Source: Malacoraja senta (Eukaryota). Taken from it: a stretch of DNA of 64,000 nt. The stretch's first letter is position 1; the number at the start of each line of letters is the position of its first letter. The translations under genes and the position numbers were made by a program. Below the pieces are notes generated by a model. It made no database searches. It was given only the letters and a program-made list of their open reading frames with translations, and had not been told where the DNA came from. The stretch spans positions 7,752,001 through 7,816,000 of the forward strand of contig CM075991.1 in assembly GCA_038087875.1 (NCBI GenBank). Direction: 5' to 3'. Positions 24,409 through 36,818 of the stretch are shown here, piece after piece.

Positions 24409-24660
24409 TCCTTTTTAAGTCCTACCGCTCGGTTGTAGCTCCTCCCTCAGCGACCTCTCCAACGGCTTTCGGACCTCTGTTAGGAACAAGCCCCCGCGCT
24501 CCTTTTTAAGTCCTACCGCTCGGTTGTAGCTCCTCCCTCAGCGACCTCTCCAACGGCTTTCGGACCTCTGTTAGGAACAAGCCCCCGCGCTCCTTTTTAA
24601 GTCCTACCGCTCGGTTGTAGCTCCTCCCTCAGCGACCTCTCCAACGGCTTTCGGACCTCT
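24409..24660 (-). repeat. 91-bp perfect tandem repeat (about 2.8 units) at the CR1 5' end
   Basis: Units start at 24409, 24500, 24591. Confidence 0.95.
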
Positions 24661-24670
24661 ATTGGTAAAG

Positions 24671-25657
24671 AGTCAAGAGTGTTTTCTTGTCATATATCTT
24701 GTCATAGATAGAACAATGAAATTCTTACTTGCAACAGAATATGTATACATAGTACACTGAAAACAATATAATAAACGAGAGAGAAAAAAAAGTTCAGTGT
24801 ATGTATATACACATACTCACATATATAAAGATCACACGCACACATGGTCAAGAGAGCCCAGCAGCGACTACACCCTCTCCGAAGACTACGTAAAGCAGGT
24901 CTCCCCACTACACATCTACGAACTTTTTATAGGGGGACAATCGAGAGCACATTAACCTACGGCATCACTTCCTGGTTCGGGAGCTGCAAGGCGTACGAAC
25001 GGCACCAACTAGACAGGATTGTGAAGACCGCCAGCAGGATTATTGGTGCTCCACTCCCTTTCCTGCTGGACATATACAGGAAGAGATGTATCAGCAGAGC
25101 CATCTCCATCATCAAAGACCCCTACCACCCATCCAATCACATATTCTCCATCCTGCCATCTGGGAAGAGGTACCGGAGCATTAGGTGCAAAACCAGCAGG
25201 ATGCTCCTCAGCTTCTTCCCGCAGGTTATAAGACTGATAAACGGACTTTGCCCCCCCTGCCAAAGTATCGTGCACCAACCACCAACCTGGACACACTGCA
25301 GCAGAGCCACTGTCGTGCCGCTGCCGATCGGAACGCCTGTTGATGTTTAGTAGAGTAGAGTGTTAATTTGTTCATGATATATGTATTTTTACTTCTATTT
25401 ATTTTTTACTGCACACACTGAAATGGACACTGGTTGAGGAACGTTTTTTTTGTTTCCTCTGGGTATGCGAATACTCAGGAAATGACAATAAAGATATACA
25501 ATACAATACAATACAATACAATATGTACCCACAAAACCCCCCCAATGATAGTGCAATAATAGTCTATGTAGTTCAGTACTAATTTGAGGTTGTAGTGTTT
25601 AATAGCCGAATGGCTGCAGGGAAGAAACTGTTCCTGAACCTGGACATTACAACCTGG
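24671..25657 (-). mobile_element. Rex/Babar-type 3' fragment split by a younger insertion
   Basis: ACTCTTG-type tail at 24671-24680; SRFRNSFFPAAIRLLN at 25590-25650. Confidence 0.7.
24843..25522 (+). mobile_element. Rex1/Babar LINE 3' end with open C-terminal ORF
   Basis: KRAQQRLHPLRRLRK...FYRGTIESTLTYGITSWFG...LPSGKRYRS; AATAAA and (ATACA)n tail. Confidence 0.9.
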
Positions 25658-26376
25658 AAGTTAATGCAATCTAAGAGTTCTGCCCTGATGAAGTCGTCAA
25701 GGTAGCGGAGAAAGAGTTGGGAGGCGGTGTCAGAGTACGCTTGGCCAATGTGTTTGGAAATGGCTGCTGGGTTCTGAAATAGGACCTTCTCTCCTTGTTG
25801 ACTTGGTTTGAATTCATGTTGATGAACATCCATTCCAGAACCCACAGAACTGGGGGGGAAAGGAAGCCATCCTCGCCCCATTTACGAAGGAAATTAACTC
25901 CATGATCTTCAAGGCATAAATAGTTCCTTGTGTGGTGTGTGTGTGTGTGTGTGTTACTGTATACAAGTCAATGTACTTTGAGTTGATTCAGTGTGAAGTA
26001 TTTTACATGTTCCTGAGTGATGCTGCTAATACAAGGATACAAAAGACTTTTATTATCACGTATGTTCCTCTCTTGAGCATGGTACCACTTTGACCCGCAT
26101 ATCTCGAGGAAGGTCAAGTGAACCAACCTTTCATGAATGCCATTTAATTGCACAATGAGAGGAGATTAGCAATTAGTGATCAAATTCCATCACATTGTGT
26201 GTCACATAATTCTGCTGAGCCAACTCACTACCGTTGAACAATTTAGACTGTAGTTTGAAAAGATATTCAACGTAATGAGAGGGAATGCCAATTTACTCTG
26301 CCATTCTAATTACACGGTGAAGTGTGGCATGTTTGTGATGATGGACCATCAGGACTCCAGCAATGGGAGATTCCTT

Positions 26377-26666
26377 GTTTTAGTTTTAGAGATACAGCGC
26401 GGAAACAGGCCCTTCGGCCCAGCGAGTCCACGCCGACCAGCGATCCCCGCACATTAACACTATCCTACACCCACTAGGGACAATTTACACATAGACCAAG
26501 CCACCTGTACGTCTTTGGACTGTGGGAGGAAAGTGAAGATCTCGGAGAAAACCCATGCGGTCACGGGGAGAACGTACAAGCAGGCTGCACCCGTAGTCGG
26601 GATCGAACCGGGGTCTCTGAAGCTGCAAGCGCTATAATGCAGCAACTCTACCGCTGCGCCACCGTG
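26377..26666 (-). mobile_element. HE1-like V-SINE
   Basis: A/B boxes and V domain on minus strand. Confidence 0.85.
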
Positions 26667-27244
26667 TCTCCTGCCTGGTATTATTGCAGACTAATTGGAT
26701 AGAGATTGATTGCTGGTATTGGTCTGTTCAGATTGTATCACATCACCAACAGGATGGCAAAAATCTTATAGTTACCGTATAGCTATGCCCTCTGGTGCTG
26801 GATATTTCCACCCTGGGGGGAATAAGGTTTTGTCTGTTTATCCTATCAACGCCTCTCATAACATCATATCGCAACCTCTGACATTCCAGAGAATTGGGTT
26901 GACCTGAAACGTCACCTGTCCAAGTTCTCCAGAGATGCAGCCTGACCCACCGAGTTACTGCAGCACTTTCTGTCTTTTTTTTGTAAACCAGCATCTGCAG
27001 TTCCTTTCTCCATGACTATATTCAGTTGTGTTGATGTGAGACATGACATCTTATCAACACATGTTTTTTTTACTTGTACATTTAGTGTGCACTGAATATT
27101 TGAGGCAGAGACAGAATACCTTTTAAAATGCAGCCCTCGGCTTCATATCTTGCTCCTCGTGGTACAAAGCCATGTTAGGGCAGGTCTTGCCCTCCTGAGT
27201 GCATAGTCGTTTACACCCCGAGTCATGTTATTCTTCTAGCATGG

Positions 27245-27533
27245 CTTAGTTTAGAGATACAGTGCGGAAACAGGACTTTCGGCCCACCGAGTCAACGCCA
27301 ACCGACACTCACCCAATACACTATCCAACACACTCGGGACAATTTATAATTCTTACCCAACCCAATTAACCTACAAACCTGTCGGTCTTCAGAGTGTTGG
27401 AGGAAACTGGAGGACTTAGAGAAAACCCACGTGGTCACAGGGGGAAAGTACAAACTCCATACAGACAGCACCTGTAGTCAGGATCGAACCTGTGTCTCTG
27501 GCGCGACTATACTGCTGCGTTACTGTGCTGCCC
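27245..27533 (-). mobile_element. HE1-like V-SINE
   Basis: Same family motifs. Confidence 0.8.
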
Positions 27534-27742
27534 CTGCACTCTCTGGCCTCCTAAATACCTTTTGCATGCATGCTGTTTTGTGATATTATGTACGCAGTTA
27601 TTAAACTTCCCCACTGCATGGGCTAAAAATGTTTTGTGTTGGGTGATTACTTAAAACTCTGGTCAAAAGTAATTTTGCCTGAACTTGTCTTCCTGCTGTT
27701 AGCGTGCCATTTCTAGGCTTAGTGTTCTCAAATAATTGCTTT

Positions 27743-29390
27743 AAATCCAGGTTAGTCGGGAAGTGGTGTTGGGTAAATTGAATGGATTAAAGGCCGATAA
27801 ATCACCAGGGCCAGATAGGCTGCATCCCAGAGTACTTAAGGAAGTAGCTCCAGAAATAGTGGATGCATTAGTGATAATTTTTCAAAACTCTTTAGATTCT
27901 GGAGTAGTTCCTGAGGATTGGAGGGTAGCAAACGTAACCCCACTTTTTAAGAAGGGAGGGAGAGAGAAAACGGGGAATTACAGACCAGTTAGTCTAACAT
28001 CGGTAGTGGGGAAACTGCTAGAGTCAGTTATTAAAGATGGGATAGCAGCACATTTGGAAAGTGGTGAAATCATTGGACAAAGTCAGCATGGATTTACGAA
28101 AGGTAAATCGTGTCTGACGAATCTTATAGAATTTTTCGAGGATGTAACTAGTAGAGTGGATAGGGGAGAACCAGTGGATGTGTTGTATCTGGACTTTCAG
28201 AAGGCTTTCGACAAGGTACCACATAAGAGATTAGGATACAAACTTAAATCACACGGTATTGGGGGTTCAGTATTGATGTGGATAGAGAACTGGCTGGCAA
28301 ACAGGAAGCAAAGAGTAGGAGTAAACGGGTCCTTTTCACAATGGCAGGCAGTGACTAGTGGGGTACCACAAGGCTCAGTGCTGGGACCCCAGCTATTTAC
28401 AATTTATATTAATGATCTGGACGAGGGAATTGAAAGCAACATCTCCAAGTTTGCGGATGACACTAAGCTGGGGGGCAGTGTTAGCTGTGAGGAGGATGCT
28501 AGGAGACTGCAAGGTGACTTGGATAGGCTGGGTGAGTGGGCAAATGTTTGGCAGATGCAGTATAATGTGGATAAATGTGAGGTTATCCACTTTGGTAGCA
28601 AAAACGGGAAGGCAGACTATTATCTAAATGGTGGCCGATTAGGAAATGGGGAGATGCAGCGAGACCTGGGTGTCATGGTACACCAGTCATTGAAAGTAGG
28701 CATGCAGGTGCAGCAGGCAGTGAAGAAAGCGAATGGTATGTTGGCCTTCATAGCAAGAGGATTTGAGTATAGGAGCAGTGAGGTTCTACTGCAGTTGTAC
28801 AGGGTCTTGGTGAGACCACACCTGGAGTATTGCGTACAGTTTTGGTCTCCAAATCTGAGGAAGGACATTATAGCCATAGAGGGAGTGCAGAGAAGGTTCA
28901 CCAGACTGATTCCTGGGATGTCAGGACTCTCATATGAAGAAAGACTGGATAGACTTGGCTTATACTCGCTAGAATTTAGGAGATTGAGAGGGGATCTTAT
29001 AGAAACGTACAAGATTCTTATGGGGTTGGACAGGCTAGATGCAGGAAGATTGTTCCCGATGTTGGGGAAGTCCAGGACAAGGGGTCACAGCTTAAGGATA
29101 AGGGGAAAATCCTTTAAGACCAAGATGAGGAAAAACTTTTTCACACAGAGAGTGGTGAATCTCTGGAACTCTCTGCCACAGAGGGTAGTTGAGGCCAGTT
29201 CATTGGCTATATTTAAGAGGGAATTAGATGTGGCCCTTGTGGCTAAAGGGATCAGGGGGTATGGAGAGAAGGCAGGTACGGGATACTGAGTTGGATGATC
29301 AGCCATGATCGTATTGAATGGCGGTGCAGGCTCGAAGGGCCGAATGGCCTACTCCTGCACCTAATTTCTATGTATCTATGTATCTATGTA
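27743..29390 (+). mobile_element. 5'-truncated young CR1 with an uninterrupted RT frame
   Basis: 508-codon open frame 27763-29289, nearly identical to the 3' part of 20033-24660; (TATGTATC)n tail. Confidence 0.95.
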
Positions 29391-29989
29391 AATGTAAGTC
29401 CCCATTTTCTGATTCCTTGAATCAAAACATTATCGCCAAGGTGTCACATCATAAAAGTATCCACAAGGTGATCATATTGGTATTATTGAAGGGTAAGACT
29501 CTCTAAAAAATATTTAAACACAATTTATACAAGTATAAATACTTGATGTAGTTTGTGATCAATATAAATGTTCATGAGTTGCATAGACAAGTACAGTTTT
29601 CAAAGCTATTAATGAGACGCTATGCCTGACTTAAGATCTTTGACTGACATAGGAACTGACAGAGGCCTGCTATATTGACTGCTCGTTCACCAGAGAAGGA
29701 TTTTTATTGATCTTTCTTTCTCTGATCAAGTATTTGCGCTTCGGACACATTTGCACAATGCAGAATTGCTTTGCAATAATCGCTTGGCTTGAAGGCAGCT
29801 ATTTCCACTTCACTGACACGAACACGATTAGTAAATGAAAATCGCAACATCTGAGTTTGCAGCTGCTCCAGTTAGTGGATCCTCTGTGGTTTTATTGTCT
29901 TGATTTTGAATGTTGGCAAGTCTACTTTTGTCAGTAGAGGATACGAGGTGCTGGAGTAACTCAATGGGTCAGGCAGCAACTCTGCCTAT

Positions 29990-30479
29990 GTTATAGAGCC
30001 ATACAGTGTGAAAACAGGCCCTTCAGCCCAACTTGCCCATACCAGCCAACATGTCCCAGCTATGCTGGTCCCACCTGCCCACGTTTGGCCCATATCCCTC
30101 CAAGCCTGTGCTATCCATGTACCTGTCTAACTGTTTCATAAACATTGGAATAGCCTCTGCCTCAACTACCTCCTGAAAAAAAGACCTGTCCATGTTCTCC
30201 AAAGATGCTATCTGACCCACTGAGTTATTCCAGCACTTGGGGGGGATGTGGAATTCAGACTTGTGAGTCTGTGGAATTCTCTGCCTCAGAGGCCGGTGGA
30301 GGCCGGTTCCCTGGATACTTTCAAGAGAGAGCTTGATAGGGCTCTTAAAGATAGCGGAGTCAGGGGATATGGGGAGAAGGCAGGGACGGGGTACTGATTG
30401 TGGATGATCAGCCGTGATCACATTGAATGGCTCGAAGGGCCGAATGGCCGACTCCTGCACCTATTGTCTATTGTCTATT
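29990..30479. mobile_element. Mosaic of CR1/HER1 3' ends and a pLTR fragment
   Basis: HER1-type tail (-) 29990-30175, pLTR piece 30180-30237, CR1 tail (+) 30261-30479. Confidence 0.7.
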
Positions 30480-31075
30480 TCACTGCAGGCTTCCATGAAC
30501 TTGCGCTGCTGTCGGTATAAGTGAATCTCAAGGTTGTGATATGCTGCGACTTCAGGAAACCTCCTGAGATGGAGATTTTTTTGGTCGTGCAACATTGTAT
30601 TCTGGCTAAATTGCATGCATCCTAATCTGGTTGCGTGGCGTCAATGACAAAGGCAAATGCAGCTCCCTGGGTTCAATGTCATTAATTAAAGGTTGCATTT
30701 CCTCCCCCCCCCAGTGGTTTACATGTGAATATTTGACTCATTGTGCCTTTACTTGCTCTTTGAAATAGCTGTCCAATTAGTCCTAAGCACTGCTCTTATC
30801 CCCCTACCACCCTCCACAACCCTACACATTTTCCCTTTCAAGTATTTAGCCAACGGCTTTTGCAAATTGTTACTGAGTCTATTTAAAGGCAGGCAAGTTA
30901 GTGACCCACTATGTAAAACTTCTCCTTTTGAACCCGTCATTCACATGCTAATTAACTTGGAATTTTTGTCCTCTGGTGCTTCAGTCATTAAAAGCAGATT
31001 TTCCGTCTATAATCTATCAGGAACCAGTCAGATTTTTGAACACTTTACCCATTCCCTTCATCTTCCACACTTTAA

Positions 31076-31366
31076 CGGGCCTGTCCCATTTGGCAATTTA
31101 AACAAAACATTTTAGGCAACTGTCGGCGACCTACGTCATCCTGGCGACAACCTACGACTGCACCTACATCAGGTGAAGTCGAGCTACGCTCATTGGCGTC
31201 AAATCCACTGTCGGCGCAGATTTTTCAACATGTTGAACATTTAGAGGCGACCAGAAAGACGCCACGACTTTTTGCGCGACTGAGGAGACTACCCCCAGCG
31301 ACCACATGTGGCGACAAACTAGTCGCCTATAGTTGCCTTAAAAATCACCTAAGTGGGACAGGCCCA
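31076..31366. mobile_element. Harbinger-like MITE
   Basis: CGGGCCTGTCCCATTT...AAGTGGGACAGGCCCA; TAA/TTA flanks. Confidence 0.8.
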
Positions 31367-31988
31367 TTAGGGAGGGTCTTCGAGGGACTTGGTATCCCTT
31401 GATATCTCTGGCATTGGGATGGACAGGTTATCCTGGAGGGAAGCAAGGTCTAAGCATGGCAGCAAAGACTTCCTGGAACAGAGTAGTGGAGTGGACCAAC
31501 AGGCATGACCAGATCTCCAAAGAACCTGGATAGGTTGACGTTCTTTGGGCTGGGACTTGTTTGGGCTTCGGACTGATTGTGGTGGGGGGGGGGGGAGGGG
31601 GAGGAAACCAACTTGCATCTGTTCCCAAAAAAGACACAAAGTGCAGGAGTAACTCAGCGGGACAGACAATATCTCTGGAGAACATGGATAGGTGATGTTT
31701 CAGGCTTGGGACCCTTCTTCAGACTGATTGCATCCCAAAGACATGCAGGTTTGTATGTTAGCTGGCCATTATACATTGCCCCTACTGTGTAGGGAGTGGA
31801 AGAGAAAGTGGGATAACATAGAAATAGCGTGAACAAAATTGATATTGATGGTCGGCATGGACACGTTGGGACGAAGGGCCATGATCTTTCAATCAGTCAA
31901 TAAATCCATCTCATTGAAACACAAATTCTTGGAGACTGGACAAGAATTGTTGCAGGGATGTTTCTCCGTGGTTGGCGTGTCCAAAAGC

Positions 31989-32189
31989 AAATCCAGCGGC
32001 GGCCAGAACAAGGTACGACTCTTTGGGCGACTACTCACGACCATGCAGGCTCCTCAGTCGCCCAAAGAGTCGTAGCGTCTTTCTGGTCGCTGCTGGATTT
32101 TCAACATGTTGAAATATTTCGGCGACCTGCAACGACCTATGACGGGTGCCGGCAGTCGCCGAAAAAGTCGCGTAAGTGGGACAGGCCCA
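31989..32189. mobile_element. Harbinger-like MITE, left TIR missing
   Basis: Right TIR AGTGGGACAGGCCCA-TAA; perfect 19-bp internal inverted repeat 32015-32033 / 32057-32075. Confidence 0.7.
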
Positions 32190-33094
32190 TAAGTCCTCTC
32201 CTATGCCTCATGGTCTAAGCAAGGGCCAGGTTTTTTTGTTTTTTTTGTTTTTTTTGGCCAATTTTCACCGCTGTACTATAAAGGTACTGCAGTGCAAGAG
32301 CTGCTGTCGTTCAAATGAGTAGATGAAGCTGCAGGGAAGAGGAATCGGTAGTTCTGAAGATCAAGATCAAATGGAATACCACTCTAGCCCGACTGACTGG
32401 AGCATTGTGAACTAAAACTTCAAATACATTAACGCAAAGCGATTCTCCTGTGTTAAACCACAAATGGGTGACTAATTAAAACTACCTCTTCTTGAGAATT
32501 CAAGCTGTATAATCACCTTTTTATTGCCGTGTCCCCGAAACAAATAAACTGAGATAATGCCGAGGTGTTTGCTCATTAATTGCAACGGTTAATCATTCCA
32601 ATTACATTGATCGTGGTTTAATTTAATGATAAACTTTCCCCAGCCGCAGACTCCCCCGAGTCGGTGCAACCACTTGACTGATGCTTATCAATTGCTGCTG
32701 ATGCTAATAACAGGAGAAGCTATCGCAGGCTCTCCAACTCCCTGCTACAGCGTTCTGTCAATGTGGCAGCTCTAATCTCCGCACTTCTCCTCGGGTGAAG
32801 AGATTCTGAAGAAGGATCCTTGCCAGAAAAGTCACGTATCCCTGCTCTCCAGAGACACTGCCTAACCCGCTGAGTTACCCCAGCATTTTGTGTCCTTATC
32901 CGTCCCCCTCTGCCATGAATATATTCAGTGACCAAGTCTCCACAGCCATAGAAAATACAGAAACGCTAATGGCAGTACACATACAATAATCTTCTCCGTC
33001 ATTTAACAAGTGGGTGCTCCTTTCTGTATGTGGGGGGGAAAATGCTGTGACACTGTATCCTTAGTTCAGGTTTAGCTCAATTTTAGATAACCTC

Positions 33095-33885
33095 ACCCCC
33101 CCACCCCCCTTGTGCCCCACTTGCGCCTATTTTTCCCCTCTTCCCTCACCATCCGCCTATATTCCAACCTCTGGCTTCACAATTCACCACTCTTCAATCC
33201 TTTTGTCTCACGCCTTTTGTCTTTTCACCTCTGGCCTTCATCCTGCCGGCTGCCTATCAAACTCCCCCAGCTCCACCCCCTGCTTGTGTCCACATATCGG
33301 AAGAAGGGTCCTGACATCAAACGTCACTCATCTATGCACTCCAGAGATGCTGCCTCGCCTGCTGAGTCACTCCACCACTCTATCCTTTTATGGATTAACC
33401 AGCAGCATCTGCGGTTCCTTGTTGCTACATTTTTTCACGTATTACCAGATCGACTTTGTCCTTCCGCCTCCCCTCTTCCAGCTTTCTTTCCTCCAAATGA
33501 GCCCCCTACAATCGGTCTGGTTCCGACCCAAAAACGTCGCCTATCCATGTCCTTTGTCATTGTTGCTGGCTCTAATATATTGCGAACATTTTCATACTTC
33601 TAGTTTTCCTCCCGCCTGACCCTCAGTCTGAAGATGGACTTCGACCCGAAACGCTACCTCTTCTCCAGAGTGACTCGTGCAGGAAGGAACTGCAGATGCT
33701 GGGTTAAAACTGAAGGTAGACACAAAATGCTGGAGTAACTCAACGGGACAGGCAGCATCTCTGGAGGAAAGGAATAGGTGACCTTTTGGGTCGAGACCCT
33801 TCTTCAGACCTTACTGAGTTACTCCACCATGTTCTCTGGATTATGCTGCCTGACCCGCTGAGTTACCCCAGCACATTGTGTCTTC
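33095..33885. mobile_element. Cluster of Penelope-derived 3' fragments
   Basis: Several degenerate CTGAAGA..GAAAC cores and pLTR tails in both orientations. Confidence 0.7.
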
Positions 33886-34702
33886 AGCTCTTGCCCGGTT
33901 GTGGAACCCCTCTGACATTACATTGCCAGGCCTATCGCTCTGATATTTTGCAGACATCTGCTATTTATAGTTGCACTGATTTTACAATTTGATCGCATCA
34001 TGTTTATCAGCAAGTTCTTCTAATTATGTGACGACTTTAATGAGAATAAACTGTTAATTACACCTTTGCAAGTTGTTTTTAGACTGAACGGTGCAGCTTG
34101 CAAACAGGCCCTTCGGCCCACCGAGTCCATGCCGACCATCGCTCACACCTGTTCAAACTAGTTCTGTTTCTCATCCCCCTCGCTAGATGATGGGGGGGGC
34201 AATTTGCAAATCGGCTCATCTATGGGTTGTGGGAGGAAACCGGAGCATCTGGACTCAAAGCTGGAGTAATGCAATGGGTCAGACAGCAGCATCTCTGGAG
34301 AAAAAGAATAGGTGACATTTCGGGTCGAGACCCTTCTTCAGACTCGATATTTTTAAGAATTGGAAGCTACAAGATGACAGTGGAGATGTGGCATCACTTA
34401 ACTCAGAAGAAATGTACTCTGTTACACTCTTTTAGTTTAGAGAAAAGGGCCCTTCGGCCCACCGAGTCCGCGCTGACCAGTGATCACCCCGTAGGGCCTG
34501 TTGCCGTGTTATCTAGCACTACACTTTCCTACACACGCTAGGGCCTATTTACAATTTTACCAAAGCCTATTTACCGACAAACCTGCATGTCTTGGAGTGT
34601 GGGAGGAATCCTGAGTACCCGGAGAAAACCCACGAGGCCACAGGGGGAATGTACAAACTCAGTACAGACAGCAGGATCAAACCCAGATTTCTGGCGCTGT
34701 AA

Positions 34703-35059
34703 AGCCCCTGTCCCACTGTACGAGGTAATTCACGAGTTCTCCTGAGTTTTCCACTGATTCTAAGTCTGAGAATGTCCATAGCGGGTCCGTAGGAGTCCGT
34801 GGATGTCTCGTAGCGGCTCGTAATGCTAACGGTAGGTACTCGGGACATCTGGTAAACTTGTGACATTTTTTCATCCCTGTAAAAAATGTCCATGAGTAAA
34901 AAAATACTCGTGATGAAAAAAATGGTTACTTTTTACTCGTACGAGCCGCTACGAGACATCCACGAACTCCTACGGCCCCGCTACGGACATTCTCCGAGTT
35001 CGAATCGGGGGAAAACTCAGGAGAACTCGTGAATTACCTCGTACAGTGGGACAGGGACT
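34703..35059. mobile_element. Harbinger-like MITE inserted in an HE1 SINE (34430-35082, minus strand)
   Basis: Long TIRs; host reads ctggcgctgTAA...TAAggcagcaac; sister of 56394-56752. Confidence 0.85.
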
Positions 35060-35460
35060 AAATAAGGCAGCAACTCCACCGTGAGTTTGCTTGACTAAGT
35101 TTTATTTGAAACTGTTTGCATGTGTGTATTTTGACTTGTACATAGTATTGTCTTACTGGATTGTATGCAATACAAAACATTTCACTGTATCGAGGTGCAT
35201 GGGATGATACAATAGTTACCGCTGACCCTGTGTCTGCTCTCAGAACAACTCCACCTATCCCATTCCCACGTTTATTTCACGGTAAACTCCTCTCCCTCGC
35301 ATGCCAATCAATTCCACCCAGTTCTCCTGTCTCTTCACTGCGTTCGGGATAGTTTATGGTCGTCAAATAACCCGCCAACACACTGACCTTTTGGAAGTAT
35401 TCCTGTGGGACGTTTTCCCAGGTAGGCAGTCCACCTGAATTATGGGATTTTGAAAGCGTA

Positions 35461-35806
35461 AGGGCCTGTCCCACTTGGGTGTCATTTGCGCGTCATTTAC
35501 GCGACAGGCCGGTAGTGACTGATGCGCGAAAATCGTCTAGCAGTACGACAGTCGCGCGCCAAGTGCTCTTGAAGGCCCTGCTTCTTTTGGGAGCCATTTG
35601 CGATGTCATTCGTACTTAGCCGATCTCCGTGGCAAGGATTTTCCCAGTGACATTTTTTTAAAACTACGCGCGCTTTATACCCGGGTAGTCACGTGGTGCA
35701 GCGCTCAAATGGCGCGCCAACGGCGTACGGGCGGTGCATGGTTCCGGACGTTGACGCACAGTGACGCATAATAAATTAGCATAGACGCCCAAGTGGGACA
35801 GGCCCT
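35461..35806. mobile_element. Harbinger-like MITE with a distinct CpG-rich interior
   Basis: AGGGCCTGTCCCACTTGGG...CCCAAGTGGGACAGGCCCT; GTA duplication 35458-60 / 35807-09. Confidence 0.85.
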
Positions 35807-35882
35807 GTAGACAAGATAGATGGTCAGGAGTAGAAACAAGGAACTGCAGATGCTGGTTTACCAAAAGGAAAAGTCAGACAAC

Positions 35883-36185
35883 ACGGGCGGCATGGGAAAG
35901 TTGCTGCCTTACAGCGCCAGAGACCCGGGTTCAATCCTGACTACGGGTGCTGTCTGTATGGAGTTTGTACGTTCTCCCCGTGACCCTTGTGGGTTTTCCC
36001 TGGGTGTTCCGGTTTCCTCCCACACTCCAACGACATGCAGGTTTGTGGGTTAATGGGCTTCGGTAAAATTGTAAATTGTCCCTAGTGTGTAGGATGGTGT
36101 GAGTTAGTACGGGGATCGCTGGTCGTCGTGGACTCGTTGGGCAGAGGGGCCTGTTTCCGCGCTGTATCTCTAAACAAAACTAAAA
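35883..36185 (+). mobile_element. HE1-like V-SINE
   Basis: B box ggttcaatcc, V domain, ctaaa tail. Confidence 0.85.
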
Positions 36186-36279
36186 GCTAATCGAAACATC
36201 CATGTAATGAAATAAGGCAGTGGCGTGTTACTGATGCCCCCTGCATTGAAAGGTAAATTCACATTGCCTCTGTGGATGG

Positions 36280-36818
36280 ATACATAGATACATAGAAACA
36301 TAGAAAATAGGTGCAGGAATAGGCCATTCGGCCCTTCGAGCCTGCACCGCCATTCAATATGATCATGGCTGATCATCCAACTCAGTATCCTGTACCTGCC
36401 TTCTCTCCATACCCCCTGATCCCTTTAGCCACAAGGGCCACATCTAACTCCCTCTTAAATATAGCCAATGAACTGGCCTCAACTACCCTCTGTGGCAGAG
36501 AGTTCCAGAGATTCACCACTCTCTGTGTGAAAAAGTTTTTCCTCATCTCGGTCTTGAAGGATTTCCCCCTTATCCTTAAGCTGTGACCCCTTGTCCTGGA
36601 CTTCCCCAACATCGGGAACAATCTTCCTGCATCTAGCCTGTCCAACCCCATAAGAATTTTGTACGTTTCTATAAGATCCCCTCTCAATCTCCTAAATTCT
36701 AGCGAGTATAAGCCAAGTCTATCCAGTCTTTCTTCATATGAAAGTCCTGACATCCCAGGAATCAGTCTGGTGAACCTTCTTTGCACTCCCTCTATGGCTA
36801 TAATGTCCTTCCTCAGAT
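36280..36818 (-). mobile_element. Young CR1 3' fragment
   Basis: QRRFTRLIPGMSGLSYEERL...GTGY; same subfamily as 27743-29390. Confidence 0.9.

Larger units (their letters stand above)
20033..24660 (-). mobile_element. Apparently full-length CR1 LINE (about 4.6 kb)
   Basis: 5' tandem monomers, ORF1, spacer, ORF2, 3' UTR, (TATGTATC)n tail; short duplication (CT)ATT at 20028-20032 and 24659-24663. Confidence 0.95.
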
